64,000 nucleotides of DNA from Phoronis australis (Eukaryota > Animalia > Phoronida). The position numbers and the translations under genes were made by a program. Below are positions 1 through 15,100 of the stretch, one piece after another. Within the stretch, counting starts at the first letter, position 1, and every line of letters starts with the position of its first letter. The notes beneath the pieces were generated by a model, which worked only from the letters and a program-made list of their open reading frames with translations, had not been told where the DNA came from and made no database searches. Location of the stretch: positions 124,001 through 188,000 of the forward strand of contig NMRA01000037.1 in assembly GCA_002633005.1 (NCBI GenBank). Reading direction: 5' to 3'.

Positions 1-182
1 AAAAAATCTAGGCCTTGGTCGTAAGTAATCTGAACAAGCCACGCCACCACCCAAGTTGCTTTAAAATAATAACAAATTATTTTTAAAGATAAAAAGTCTT
101 TAGCATGAACGGCATTTACCACATACCATTTTTTCCCGCAGTTCAATATTCTAAAGTGATTTTGCTTTCAACAATGCCATAC

Positions 183-1658
183 CTGTGTGTGTTCGCATAT
201 GTCTACGCAACAAAGATGGACGGTCAAACCTCTTGTCACACACCTGGCATGGCAGCCATGTTCTCTCGCGGTTACGTTTTTGATTGGCTTGAACAGCTAA
301 CGTAATGGGAGAGGACTGTCTGGGAGGCAGCAACACCTAGACAAGGAAAGATTCATGGAATAAATACATAGTCTTGAAGCAAGTTGACCCAGAAAATCAT
401 TGAGGTTTTGCCGGGTGTGAGGATAAATTTACTGTCAAAATTGCAGTATTTTGTGTAAGCAGTTACAAAACAAATATGTCTGCTCATGAGATCTAAAAAG
501 AATTAAAACACAGCAAAAAAAATCGAAAAAACAAGAATGAGAGCATTTCTTCACTATTACAGAAACGAAAATCAGAAAATTGATGGTTAAAGTTCTGGGA
601 ATGTTGACAGAAAAACATTTTAAAAATGTAAAATTTTTGTATCTCAGGTCATTTCAAATTAAAATGTTGTATACCATATCATTGTATTTTATTCTTAATA
701 AATTAAACTGATTTTTAAAGTTATATCAAAAGGTTTTTTCAACGCTCAAACACAACCATATTTGACAAAAATCCATGTCTCTATACAGTCTTGTGGTCAT
801 TATCACAGAGCTATAATGTCAATAAACAGAGAAATAACACAAATACGATGAAAGATCAACTGTACCATGTGATAACCAGTCATTGAAACTTCAATTCAGT
901 GATGATGAGCTATGCAATATACTATACATATACATTACTAATATTCCTCTGCACTTTGACGAGATTTGACCACAAACATACTTTTGTTGTGTAACTGGAC
1001 TTGAATAGGCACTTTGATATTTGCTATGGTTCGACTGTTGTGAATTGTCACGGAGTTAATAAAGAGAACTTCCTTACGCAAATGTATTTCAACTTACATT
1101 TGAGCCAGATGAGGATTTTTCCGAGTCAGTGAATGTAGATTGAGACTCTTCATCTCTGCTAGAAGATGACTCTGATCCGAGACCGTAGAACGATACTGGA
1201 GTCACCGTCTTATCCAGAACTGAACCTGGTGAAAACCACATATTTCTGGGCTGCTGTATACTCTGTTGTAAACTTGTTGGCAATGGCTGGAACATCACTG
1301 GCACACTGCTATCATGGCTGTATGTGGAAGTTGGAAACACAGCTGATGGAAGTAAACCACTGGGAAAGTTGAGCAGGGGAGGAAATGAGAATCCTGCAGG
1401 TGAGGTGTGGAATGTATGAATATGAGCCCTGTCAGACATCAACTGGCATCTATCAGATGGTTTCGTTTTGGAGTCCAGCGATTCACCTATCATCCGGGAC
1501 ACAGAGTGAAGAATTGATGATTTAGCATTGTGGTGCTCTGTAGATTCAGGACTTGATTTGTAAGCAGTGCTCTTGGTACATCTGTTCTTGCCCGATTCTG
1601 TTTTCAAGCATCTAGTGACCACATCCCCGCCGCCATCGTTTTCTTGAATATCAGGCAT
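183..1658 (-). CDS. C2H2 zinc-finger transcription factor, 5' partial (coding exons 1658-1098 and 336-183; continues beyond the left edge)
   Basis: The ATG at 1658 has an in-frame upstream TAA. Exon 1658-1098 is Ser/Pro-rich and ends at AAT|GTAAGT (phase 0). The next exon starts at CTAG|GTG (336), encodes LPCQVCDKRFDRPSLLRRHMRTHTG (C-x2-C-x3-F-x5-L-x2-H-x3-H plus the start of a TG linker) and ends at CAG|GTATGG (183). A probable acceptor at ~1707 implies an upstream non-coding exon. Confidence 0.88.
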
Positions 1659-4600
1659 GTTCAGGCTTTATGACCAACAATCCCGATACAACTTGTGTGG
1701 AAAATTCTGAAGTAAAATTAGAAAAGTTACAGAGATATAATTGATATTTTAATCTGTTTATAGGCACTAGTACTCATTACCAGTTGACTTAGCAGATCTC
1801 AGGATTGAGGTAATCCGTGTTAATTAAATGATGACCATTCATTATTCAAAGCACAGAATCCATAATCCACCTGGCACCAACACAAACACAAACACTTCAA
1901 TCACCATGATGAGCTCCATTCGCAATGCTACACTGTTCAGTGACTTTAATAACAGCACCTTATGTTAGTAAATAATATGCGACATTTATATTCGGGAAAA
2001 TTCATGTACAATGTAAAACCAACAGCAGTAGTTTATTGTGACGGTCCCCAATTTGAAAACCATGCAGTTACTTCCTCTGAATTACAGGCATTATTCAGAA
2101 GTAAATGGTTCTTCTCACACTGCTCAACTTACCAAATAAACACACAAATCGTAATGTAAATCAGCCAGAAAGAATTGCTGAAATTGCTTGCTTTCATTTT
2201 GCAAAGTCTTCCAACATTGTTGTAACAATGTTGTAAATACCCACAATTCCTGAAAACACTGCCAAATGGTAATAGAAGGTACATGAGGAAACCACCTAAT
2301 TTGGTGCCACATATCTTCCATGGAAAAATGAAAAAATAAAATTTCAAAGGGCGCACCCAGTGGTGAAACAATTCCGTGAGATATGGACGAAATGGCTGAA
2401 CACATTCTACGCAAGGTACAGTTTCTTTAGTTCCAAAAGATATCTTTTGTCTATATTTTAAAAATTTCACTCGTCGGCCATACTGTGTCCTAAATTGGTG
2501 AGATTTTACCGAAATACAACAGACCACTTCATATACAAAAACACATAAAAATTTACACGTCCACTAAATAAAGCCCTCTTCAGACACTCCTCAACTAAGT
2601 GTTGCTGGAAAGATACCAATCCCCAACCATAAGGTTCACAAAATATTAGCTCAATTGTGAAACCATGCGCAGGAAATTAGCTGATGACAAGCTTATAGTC
2701 AACTGTAATTGAAAGCAGACACTGTTGCATGAAAGATAAATAGTCGTAGGATACGTAATTTCATAATCCATCATCCACCTCATCTATCTGAGAGTTTTCA
2801 CAATTGCCTTGGGCCATTTAGTGAATTTTCCAGGAAGCCTTGTAAAAATCCAAAATAAATAGCTTGAAAGATAAGTGTAAACAAAGTCTTGAATTTTGAA
2901 CAATTTGTAGTAGTCCGATACATGGTTCTCTAATTTGAGAACCAGTTACTCCCACTGAATAACACTGTTATTCACAATAACACTGTTATTCAGTGGTAGT
3001 TTCTCAAATCTACCACCAATCTGATTACTGGTATTACCGAACAACATTATGTTATTTAAAGAAAAAGCTTTTAATTATCTGTTTTGTTTTAACAGATCAA
3101 GTTTGAGTGTTTTAACTTTAATGAGCTTTTATGGTAAATGAGTCGATTCAGAAGATAGAATTTTGAAAAAACAATAATCTATTGACTAGACACAACACAA
3201 AGAATGAAGCAAACCTAACTTTGGGGCACTGAACATTTGTTCATCAATAAAAAACACCTACAGAGATACCTAAGTGGTAGATCCTCTCCAACATACAGTA
3301 TAAGGCGAATGCGACTCAATTAAAAACAGCATATAGTACAATCTCACCAATTTCCGTCCAAACATTTGGCCAAAATCACCATTTTATGACATTTTCAAGG
3401 TCTTTTAACATGTTCAGAAAGCCGAAAACCTTTCAAAATATTTTCCGATGATGGTTATGGTACTGAACATTGACATGGTAAAGCGTTAATTTGATGATTC
3501 ATATCTTCTATGAAAAAAAATCTGAAAATTAAATTTCACTTATCTCCCATAGTGTGCCCTACAACTAGGTCACAATTTTGCAAAATTTCAGCTAAAACTC
3601 TAGTCACAAATAATGACCGAAATTTATGAAGGAAATCATCCAGTTTATAAAGTGTTTGTCAGTGTATAGTTCAGGTTGTCTGGGTTTTTAGTTGGGTGCC
3701 ACATTTTATTGTCTGGGCTATTGCAGTCAAACAGTTTATCTAAAAGAAAATTTTAGAACATTCTTAAATGACAATTGAATACCTTATGGTCTATTTTAAA
3801 TGAGTACATCTTCTCTGACTTGGCACAAATATTTGCAAATTTTTCAACAAATACAAGAAATGCTATTAACAAAATCCCCAGTCACTACTACCATGATATG
3901 TGCCGCTACAGCTGACAAAAATTCACTCAGTAAAATTTTGAATATTTCTACTTAGGCAGTGGCAGCAAGCCTGTGAAAATCAGACATTGACAAGATTAGC
4001 AATTGTGTGGTTTGAAGTACTTAAAACAGTTACTGTACCTATATGATCAGCCTGAGAAGTGATCCTGAGATAATACGCAACTTGCTTGTAGTGCTCCCTG
4101 GTCACAAATAGTACAACTGACTAGACACAGCAGCCTATGTTATCACAAGCAAGGCAATCACACTACAATGTGATGGGAGAGCCAATGGTTTATTTATGAG
4201 TTCCTTTTGGCAAGCACCATGTGACTGTCAGTGGGCCAATCACGCTACTTATAGCAGAACTTCAGGGAGTGTCTTATGAGGCAACTGCCAGATTTACTAA
4301 ATTGAAGAATAAATTACCCCTGTGTTGAGGATTTGTGATGACTAATGACACTGAGAATATAATGACACCAATGTACCCTTCAATTAGTTGCTATCCTCAC
4401 AAAGCTTCAGTTAAGATATTCTTAGCTTGAGATAGCACTATCACTGAGTTAAGAGATTAAAATGAAATTCAAGGATGCTATTGCAAACTTTAAAGTATGC
4501 CACAAAAAATAAGCAAATATAAAACTAGGAAGAATTGAAAAAATGTTATTTGAAAAACATGCTTTTTATAAGAAAAACCACCTATTTTGAAGGCTTTTTT

Positions 4601-7600
4601 GTCAATTCTTCATATTTTAATATTAGGTATTGAATGTATTTTCAACATTTTCTAAAAAAGTAAAATCAAATAAAAACTATTTCTCATATCTGAAATGTGA
4701 TACAGAGCCTAAGTTCCGAACATGTCAGTCGGTCTGAGTAAACTATGTCCTTTTTTCTGTCCTAATTACTGTGCTCAAAGGTCACTTGGCATTTCAGAAC
4801 CACCCTTGCTACTATTCCATAACATTAGCCAATTGACCAATCGTCAGGAGCCAGGATTTTGAGTGACGTCTTAACTGACCAGTTGGAACGAATCATTCCT
4901 GACACACCTTGTTTCCAAGCCGCCATTTTACCCGATAAACAACCCGTTGCACAGTAAAACTTATTGTTTGTTAGTCGACATTACGCAAGGGGGCGGAGCT
5001 TGCGACAGGTCAATTGGCCCAAACAACAGTGCACGGCCAGAAATAGGTAATAAAAATAGCACAACATCGATTCAGCCCATCAAACAATGCAGTTTTTGAA
5101 TTCAGAGACTTATTAACATCTTACAAGCCCTGGTTTGAAGAATAGGTAATTTTATGAATTTCATTTTTTATAAAAAATCTATTAAAAAGCGGGTTCAAAA
5201 TATGTTTATAATAGTTGTTTATATGAGACAAATTGACCAAAATACCTTAAAAAAGGTAAATGTATTTCCTTTTAATACATAACAGTTAGATAAGTTACTA
5301 GTATTCAAAAGGACAACAGTGCAGTTTCTTAGAACTCCTCACATTTTGTTTTCTTATAATCGCAACAACTTGTTTATCAGCTCAGTGGGCAACCGGGGGA
5401 CCAGAGAAGTGGCCAGAAACATATGCGAGGGCACAGTCCATCCAAATTCCAGAGATATATTAGATTGGCATATTGTTAACAAAAATTTGAAGAGAGTGAC
5501 TTAACATTACACCATTTTTAGCCATAGCAGGATACAGCCTTGAGTAATAAGTATCTGTCATGATATACACCATGGCTTAGTGGACAGTTGACAGTGGAAA
5601 GCACTGAAGGACTGAAAGGAGCATATCGCATTCATTGTCCCTTAAGAATGGCAAAGCCACAAAGGGGACATGTTGGACAGTAAATCACCAATTTGCTGTT
5701 ACTTCAGGTACAACTTGAAGGGAGGCATAGAAAGAAGAAATTGAGACCCCCAAGAGCTGATCACAAATAGACACTTCTCAAGAGAATCCAAATTGAAATG
5801 CTGGAACATGACAATGTATTTCATTTGTTTGAGTATCTGTTTGTTGTTTATCACAGTCACAGAGAAAAATTGGTTCTCACTTCATTAATCCTTATCCACT
5901 ACTTGTTTTATTTACTTAGCTCATACAAGTACAGATGATACAAAAATACAAAGAACTGAAAATGAATAAATACACAAATGGCAAACATGGACATCAAGCC
6001 AAACTTATTTCCAATGCGGTCAGAGGTCTAGCAATGCAATATTATTTTATGCCTTGAACTAAATATTTTCTATCAAACTTCCAAATCTTTGATATAAAGA
6101 CAAAATTCAGCTTCCAATCTGAGAAATATCACAGAGATATAACACAGCTCAAAAGCCAATACAGGTAGTCCATTCACAGCAATTGTTCTCTTGTAATCAA
6201 AACTACCAATCTGAGATAACCATCATTCATAGATTTCCTAAGAGATGGTAATCAAGCGGAAGATCCATCACATCTCACAGATTTTCAATTCTACCATGGA
6301 ATGTTACAGAAGGTAATTGACTAGCCCATTGCCAGCCATTGACACTGGGTCTAGGTATTATCACTGAGGTTCTTCTTTAGGAGAATTTGGTACTTGGTGA
6401 TGATTGGACGAAAAAGACAAAACACCAGAAAACTTCTTCAATATTATGACACTTTTGAAACCAAAAGATATTTGGTGACAAAGAATTATAAATAAGTTGC
6501 TTAAAGTTAGGGAAATAGTTTAAAGACAAAGTCATTTCATAAAATTATACATTATACATTAAAGAGACTGCCTTAAGAGTTTCAGACAAATAAAAAATAC
6601 TTGCCATCTCAATAAAATTGTAGTGAATTAATTTTTAAAGGATCCTTAAATTTCAGTTCAACAAGAGCACTACGGTAAAAATTCTTCAACTTGGGAAACA
6701 ATATGGGAGGATAGGTAGAATTTCATTTCGTCGAATTTCTCAACTAAACTAACTTTTCAGGAAAAATTTACTTTTAGCACGGTTTGTATGGAGCGGCTAT
6801 TACCAAACGTTTGGTAAAATTTTGAGCACTTACAAAAAAGTAGTAAGCATCTGAAAAATAGAAATATGACAATTTAATTATTTTTGTCCCAAATTGAAGA
6901 TTTTAAGGTAGTTTACATTTTAGACAATGTAAGTTAACTGTTACAACGAAGTCAAAGTTCTAGGACTATGTCACAATGAATAAGTTGTAAAAATTTACCT
7001 GCAGTAAGGATTGTATTTTATGAATAAAATTAAGGTGTTTCAAATACTTCAAAATTGAAAAAATTAGTGGAAACAAGAAAATCAACAAACTTAGCTCTCA
7101 TTGACAATATGCAGTACATACTATATAAGCATACAATAAACACTGTAACAAGACTGGTACATGAAACTCATTTTAAAGTCAAATACAAGTAAATAAATAA
7201 TCCAAACACAGGTGCAAACACAACATAGCAAATATAACATACAAAAATTTACATGCAGCTATAATCATTTAAACAATTTAGCCCAATTAAAATTATCCCT
7301 TATACATTGCCCTTAGAACAATTGGGTAATTTACAAAGACCTGTGGTTCTCCAATATACCTGTCAACCCAACTAATAATAGTCCGCGTGTATTGGTAACC
7401 CAAAGTTAACACCGATTATTTTAGTCCAGAACTTTTTCTAATAAAATTCCAATTAAAAGTTCACTAAGTTCATTTTGAAAGAAATGGGTAAAGAATATTA
7501 TCAACAATACAGCAAAGTGGGACAGAGACATTTTACAACCAGTTTTCAGCTGTTCACACCAGGAGTTACAACTGATTTTGTGTGAACAGGACAAGATCTT

Positions 7601-8470
7601 CTTGCCAAACGGTGCTTGGTTTTGTCAACATTCATTTGTCTTCAGGGCATTTTTATTTATCAGGCATATAGTTCCTATTCTTTTCGGTACAACATGGCTA
7701 GTCTAGACCTGAAGCAGCAGAACATGTTAAGAACTGACATATGGAACATGACAGATATTAAATATAAACAAGTCTGTTTATTGGAAAATGAAAGGAAGAC
7801 GCTGCTGTGAAATAATAATTCCTAAACCCAATTAGACCTTGTGTTAACAGTTGTGAGAGGCTTATCAAATCTGAACCCTGGCTTATTGTGTTAGGAACAC
7901 ATCTGGAAGAATGGATTACAGCCTCCAATGATGCAATAATTATGTTAGAGCCAATATTTGGCTACTTTTGAATGTGTGGACAAGTCACAAAATAGCACAC
8001 ATGGTTCTAGACAGGAAATTGTGTTTGACGATAATATTGCAAATAAGGAAACTCGACTATGATTACGTAAAAGTTGCATGTATGGTGCGTCTCCAGACTA
8101 AAGTAATTCAATTTCAGTCTCAATATAAGTACAAAATATACTTGAAATATGTCTAAGCTGGGTGATTTGTTGGTCCCTCTGGCAATTGGCAGCAAATAAG
8201 TTTCTCATGATTTTAATTTTGCAGTGTGTGACTAATCGATGCTAACTTCTCGATAACGTACATTTGAAATTATGGTATGTACACTGCTCATCTGATTTAA
8301 TTCCTTTCTTCAGCTTTGCCTACAACTTTCACTATTAAATGCCCATATTTAGGCTTAAGCGCCCACCTCCACTTCCACTTCAAACCATCGCAACTTCCTT
8401 AAAGATGAAAATGTCATTGTGAACACCAGTCTCAAAAAAAATTTTGCTCACAAATAACGTTAGTCAAATA

Positions 8471-8761
8471 CGGTAAAAATTCTCCAATTTGTGAAAGTGA
8501 AAAATTAAATATTTTGCTCAATGACAGAGCTTGTCCCAAATTCTAGAAATAGGCCATATTGGCCTCTCAAATTCAAGAACATTGGGAAGACAGCAAACTT
8601 ACAAACTCTGAAGACTGAAAACACATTGTTCGAAATTTGAGAAATTTGGTGTATGCCAAAGTCACCCTTGTCCCAAATTCCTGAATCAAAAAATTCAAGT
8701 TTTGTTTGACTTTCAATGTCCCAAATTCAAGAGACTTACCCAAACTGGAAAATTTTTACTG
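8471..8761. mobile_element. MITE with TA target duplication (Tc1/mariner-like, non-autonomous)
   Basis: TA-CGGTAAAAATTCTCCAATTTG ... CAAACTGGAAAATTTTTACTG-TA inverted termini. The interior is similar to 11899-12177. Confidence 0.8.
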
Positions 8762-10924
8762 TACCTTTAATTTGGATAGCATGAGAACTGTTCAGCAGCA
8801 CCCAGCCATGTCCGGTGCGGAAAATACCCAGTTTGTACTGGTGGTTAATTTGGTTAAATGCATATTCCAATATTATTGCACTTCTGTAAAAATGCGTTAA
8901 ACTGGAGGAGAGCATCTTTAATGAGTTAAGTTCATGTTTGCAAATATGTACCGTACATATCAGTGCCCGCTTGCATGAAACAGTCCCAAATAGGGACTCG
9001 GTTTTTACTGTGGGTAATAAATAAATAAAGCAATTGCTGTAGCCAACTTCTCTGTGCTTCAGAGAGAAATGGAAAAAGTCATGAATTTTCAGTTGTTTTC
9101 CAATTTCATATGGGGCAAATATCTCTAGGCGACGGATAATTGTCTAGCAAAGATCATAAACAAAGAACCCTTCGATATGATAGAATGGTTTGATCAAACA
9201 ACTGTTTTTAAGTAGTCTAATGAATACAACTATGTGAATTAAAAAGTTGTCTAATTCTAAGACTTTCAATACACCGGTTGCAGGGAAAAATACCATAGAC
9301 ACTTAATTAAATTAATAAATTAGCTTGCTGGTGTCACTAAGACAATATGTTATCAGTCAAATGGCATTTGTTGAGCCAATTTTAATTTTAGTTCTCGCTT
9401 CTATCATAATTTGTTGTCTTGCATCTCTTACATACAAGTTGGTATTATTGTTATATAATTATTATTCTTGTTTGATATTTATACATTTTTAATTAATTGC
9501 TCTTTTGAAAATTTCTCTTCATGCCAGTCCACAGTTTTCACTTTATTATTGAAAATGTTCTTGATGCCCATATTGTGACCAAAATGAAACATCGCTACTG
9601 AATACTTTTGGGGTCCATTTATTACTTCACTTGGTAACACATAGGACCAATATCACTCCCAATATTACTCCCAGGTAACACACACACACTTGATCCAGTG
9701 AAATAACTACAGGTTTAACCATGACATAAGCTTGTCTAAATCAGCTCAATCCCAAAATGACATAATCTTACTTAACAATATATGGATAATCATGAATGAT
9801 TGAGGAAGTCAACAACAGTAGTCTCGTTAAGAACAGTAATTAACACAGATTGTTAGGTTAACACCTTCTTATGAACCTGGCAAAGTTTTAAGGAACAGCA
9901 CAAAAGGTTGTTAGTTCATACAGAAATTAATCATTAAACTGGTATTATTCCAATTTCTTTCTGCAGGCTGTCATGCTACAAAAATAACATATCTTTGTAA
10001 AGTATAAATTACGTTATTTACAAGGTAAAATTTTCTGATCTTACAAGTTATATTATTGGACACGAAAAAAACCAACTATCATCTTGGAACATCCACTTCA
10101 GAATGTTTCAATTTAAATTTACAGTCCTCACAATAATTGATTAGTGAAATAAGGCAAGCTGACATTTCTAATATTTTACGATTATAGTGAGGTCAGAGTA
10201 GAGCTCACTGGACAAGTTACTTTGGCTTAATAAACCACTTTGTTCTTATTTATCTCACCTTGGACATCCTTGGTCAGCTCCCAGTGTGGCAAAGTAGAAT
10301 TTGTTTTAAAGTTCAGATACAAAATTCCACCACGATTCCACCTGGTCTAAATCATTTTTCAAAGAATCTTCAATTGTTCACATCCTTCAAAACAGGTGAA
10401 ATACATGAGCACAATAAATGGGCATTGGCAAAACCTCTACGAGACCATTTTCTGATGGTTAAGATTTAGGATTGCGACAAGGGTTAAAATGGTGTTTTGA
10501 GAAACAAACATGTACCCAGCATAACATCTTCTGCAGCACTGACTTCAGAGCTGGACTGGGAAATTTGGATAAGCCTTAGATATTCTGATAATCATTATTA
10601 CAGCTTTTAAATTTTAAAATGTTACTAATGGCACTATGACTTAGCCATATACAATAGGAAATGAAGAAAGAACTATAACTTCTAATTAAGATAAATTAAA
10701 AAGAAATAGAATGATGATAACACAAATAAAATGAAATAATTAGGGTAGCAGGGTAATCGAATAGGTTGGAAGAAAGATGGAACAGACAGTTGATAAAACA
10801 ATGGCAACCTTATGGGGGTGATACAGAGTTGGCTGTTGCCCTTAGACAAATCTAGTTGCTTACATGCCGTTTACATGTGGAGCAACTATGGCAGAAGAAT
10901 AGGCCACTCGTGAAATCATTTTAA

Positions 10925-11433
10925 AGGGCCTTTCATACTAACGTTGACGCGTCGATGGTTTGGGGAGTTGCGGTCAGTATGAACGCTTAACTCTGGTCCT
11001 GGATCGCAGTTAACAGCTCCAGTTAACATCGCAGTTAATAGGTGGATTTAATAGCGCAGCGTCGACGCTGCGGTGCAGTATAAACGCTTAACTTTGGTCC
11101 AATCGAAGTTATCGCCAGGTGCCACTGATATCGTCAACAGTTACAAGGTAGTGCCGTCACTAACAGCTGCTTATATTTTGCTCTAATAACACCAAATCGA
11201 TTTAAAAATAAGTTCAATGTCACTTAGCAAATGTAAATGTTTCCAAATTGAAACATTAAAAAAATCTTAGCGTGCAACGCTACCTTGCGATAACTTCGAT
11301 GACGACAGCGACACCAGCAGCTTACTTCGAAGTTCATTAACTACCAAAGCCAGTATGTACAGTCCAGTTAACTGCGCTGTTTACGTCAACGCTCCGGAGC
11401 TCAGACCGGAGTTAAGTCAATATGAAAAGGCCT
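10925..11433. mobile_element. PIF/Harbinger-like MITE
   Basis: TAA-AGGGCCTTTCATACT ... AATATGAAAAGGCCT-TAA: imperfect TIR, 3-bp TAA duplication, and a GC-richer interior with repeated GTTAAC/TTAAC motifs. Confidence 0.7.
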
Positions 11434-11898
11434 TAAGTGTCAGGACCCAAAACTGGATTTGAAGATTACGATGATAACCACTGAAGAGAAACCAGTACAT
11501 GGGTAATGCGTTCAACAGGAGAGAGACAGGAGATAAAGAACCTAATAACCTAATGGAATTCCTTCATCGGCCGAGTAATTGCTGTTTCCTGATGCCTGGC
11601 TCACATACCTAACTTACCTGTTCATCGAGTATTCTCACCAATTCAAAATAAATTGTTCATTGTTGGCTAATCATTCAGTCACTCTTTTTGCAATCTCAGA
11701 AGTGTCGTCAGAGAGTAAACAACTTCCAAAAAACACTTTAGGTCAGAAACAAAATATTGTTACCTATATCAATGCCATAACTCAGTTTTCATACCAAAGC
11801 TGTGAACCCCAACATTGCCTAGATTACCAAATTGGTGTTTGATAAGCCTTGCATGTTCATTTATTCTTTGTACGTAGTCCTCTCTTTTGAACATGTTA

Positions 11899-12177
11899 CT
11901 GTGAAAACTTTCCAATTTTGTACAGCAAAATTTAATTATTTTGCTCATCTCAAATTCTAAAAATAGGCAACACTGGTCATCACAAATTCAAGAATCACTG
12001 GAAAGACAGTAAATTACTCACACTGTACATGAAAACAATTTGTCTGAAATTAGAGAATTAAGGTGTATGCAAAAATTGCCCTTGTACAAAAATATCAAAG
12101 TCGAGGAAATTCAATTTTTGCAGGAGTTTCCATGTCTCAATTTCTAGAGACTGTCCCAAATTGGAGAACATTTACCG
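11899..12177. mobile_element. MITE, same family as 8471-8761
   Basis: TA-CTGTGAAAACTTTCCAATTTTG ... CCAAATTGGAGAACATTTACCG-TA. Shares internal blocks (CAAATTCTAxAAATAGG, CAAATTCAAGAA) with 8471-8761. Confidence 0.75.
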
Positions 12178-15100
12178 TAGTTCACATTTTACATCAGTCA
12201 TCGACAACGGCTCTGTTTTATTTGCTATTCTGTTACTCCCAGGTAAAGTAAACACTTGCTTCAACTTTACCCAAAAACAACACTGTCTACTCTAAAAACA
12301 TTTATTTCTTCCATAAAAAGTAAAAAGTAGATATTTACGGTGCCTATAAACAGTGTTGCAAATGGTTATAAATAACCAACGGTCAACTGATGACCGTTGT
12401 GCAATGAAAGTAGATAAATGCTATGTGAACCTGAAGTATATCGCTTTAAACATAATTTTACTAAGAATTTCAAGAAGATACAGTTCCACTTGTGCCATAT
12501 CATTGCCATAATTTAAAAAAAAAATCTTTACCAGTAAACTCCTAGTTCTGCTACAAACTCTGTGGCAAACACCATCAACCACATAGACAGCTCATGAACT
12601 GAAGAACTCCTGCCTGGATGAGTGTCCAGCTGACTGGAAATTGATGGCTTTCCTGCAAGATTGAGTGAAGTTATGCAACTCTTACAACACCAGTAGGCTC
12701 AGACCATATGGCACTGGGCAGGACATTTGAGAAGCTCTATCAAATTTCACCAAAGGGACCACTGCAGTGAGCCATGTTATCAGAGCCAGGCAGGCAATTT
12801 ATCTTGTGAAGTGGTTTCCCTGCCTTTGTAAGACTTGACAACCAATGCTGTGATAGGAAGGAGATTGCACTTATAAAGGGAGTTGGGGCACTGTCATATG
12901 AGGCCAGTACACTCCTTTTCTAAACACAAAAATGAATAAAAATCACTAGCAAATTAAAACCATGCCCACCATCAAGATCTATGTCTGATGGAAAAAATGT
13001 TGATAAGGTGATGGTGTATGTACCTTGCAACTAAATATTTTCTACTTTACATGAAAATTGTTTTACAGTCAAGAGTATTAAATTCAAGTTATTTAGTTTT
13101 TGTGAATTATGAGAAATAATAGAACACTAGGCAGCAGTTAGGCATCATTCACAACAAAGGCTTTATTGACTCACACGTTTTCTAGTACTTTGAAGTCAAA
13201 TTATAAACTCAAGTAGGTAACAGTGAAATTGATCCCCTCCATATTTATTTATTTATTCCACAATCCCACAGATTTCATTACAAATATTCAAATTCCAACA
13301 AAACTGTGCCAGGATTTTCATCATCCATTTTTCAGTCTTGTTTTGAGTCAAATGCGCCTATTTTCATGACAACTGTTCTGGGGCACAAAATGTTCTTTAT
13401 TATGAATGTGCTGTTCCTGAAAACCCTTTTTGTATAAAAGTTTGGCAGAGAATTTTTTTCTGCTGTATTGAATTTTAAATTGAAGTAGCGTAAATTCCGT
13501 GTCCAGAGTAAACCATTGTTGAAGGTAAAAAGGTCAAGGTAGAAACAACATGGCCCTCAATCCCTCCATTTTGGGGCTGAATATCAGCCCAGTCTTCTCT
13601 TCAGAAAAATATTAAAAAATCACGCGAAATTACCCCCACAAGGCCCAAATTCCGCTCAAGTGAGTAAAAATTTCTACTCAAGGTTCGAATCACTTGTAAC
13701 CCACACAGGTGACAATTTGAAAAAGCACAAAATGTTAGTTTTGGCTACTTGAGGCAGAGCCTACAAGAGATTGCAACAGGGTGGGGTGCTATTGATGGTG
13801 ATCGGAGGTAGAATTTCACCCTCACCTGAAAAAAATCTCTCAGAAGTCACTGGCAGCTTTCTCCTCAGATGAACAAGGGCCCTGAACAATAAAGCATTAG
13901 CACATGCGCTAGTTAACAAGCAGCTGCTTTAAAACTTTTCGCTCAAGTGACTTACAAAACCTTTCTAAAACCCTGTCCAAACATTATGAAGGAGAACTTA
14001 TGATGAAGGTTATAATCTAAAGTAATTTATAATAATGAGAGCATCTGGCAAATTTCACTACTACACCACAGATAAGAAGATAGCATGAGGGATAGTGGAA
14101 ACCATTCAGTATCAAATGAATTGAATCAAACACAACAATAGATAGTAGCACAGACCCTCTCATAAATCACCCGGGCATTACATATACAGGTCATCCTACT
14201 TACTAACTAGATTTCTGCCAATGTAATGCCTCCTCCAAATTTATCCATCAACATTATTGTTAGGGACTTAATAACCAGGTACAGAATCTCAATAAATAGG
14301 TTACTGTCCTTTGTATTTGTAATGCATTGTGTGACATCTCTGCAATCCACACAATGTCTACTGATACTCTGGTGTTTTATGGCCTTCCCTGAAGCTGGGC
14401 ATATTATGCAATGTTGTTTAACTTTGAGTCAAAGGAAGTGTAGTGTATTTACAATATACAAAGGGACACAGTCAGGGAGCTGCAAAGGCATGAAATGGCC
14501 TGAGGAAGACCTGCGGAGAGGGTTGATTCAGTTACACAATGAAGACATTTTATTAGGGTTACTTGTGGCTGACATGGGTTCATTAATCAGTTTGGTGTTG
14601 AATGATTGAAGTCAAATTATTGTCACATGGACTGTGACCAGCCAACTGGGAATGTTACTGGCGCCTGTAGGAAGGGCTGTTTGTTGAAAGGAATTGAATT
14701 TTGTTGTCATAGTTAAATTAAATTATGAATAATCCAAGCTTTATCGCCAAGACGAACGAACTGTCCAGATCATTCGCCCAATAAACCACGTAGGCACGTA
14801 ATTTATCTCAGGGTGTTAGGCTTAATGACTAATGTACAATAGAGAAAAGCAGCAAAAAAGAATCCGAGCAACAAAAGCAAAATCTAATATATAACTGACC
14901 GCGATGCTCGCCAGATTTTAGTACAAGTCCCCGCTCCCGGGGTACAGTCAATTACGCGAGTGAATTATCTCCCATCCCAGTCCCCCAGGCAGTTTGGCAT
15001 GCCGTCACCGGTTTTCAACTTGCAACCTTAAAAGACGAAGTTTGTTTGGCTGAGGAGCACTTGTATCAAGCACTGTATTCATTCCTGAAACAGAGTTTAC

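Noticed and set aside
12540-12910. GC-richer segment resembling a SINE
   Set aside because: No clear A/B boxes, tail or second copy could be identified in the window.
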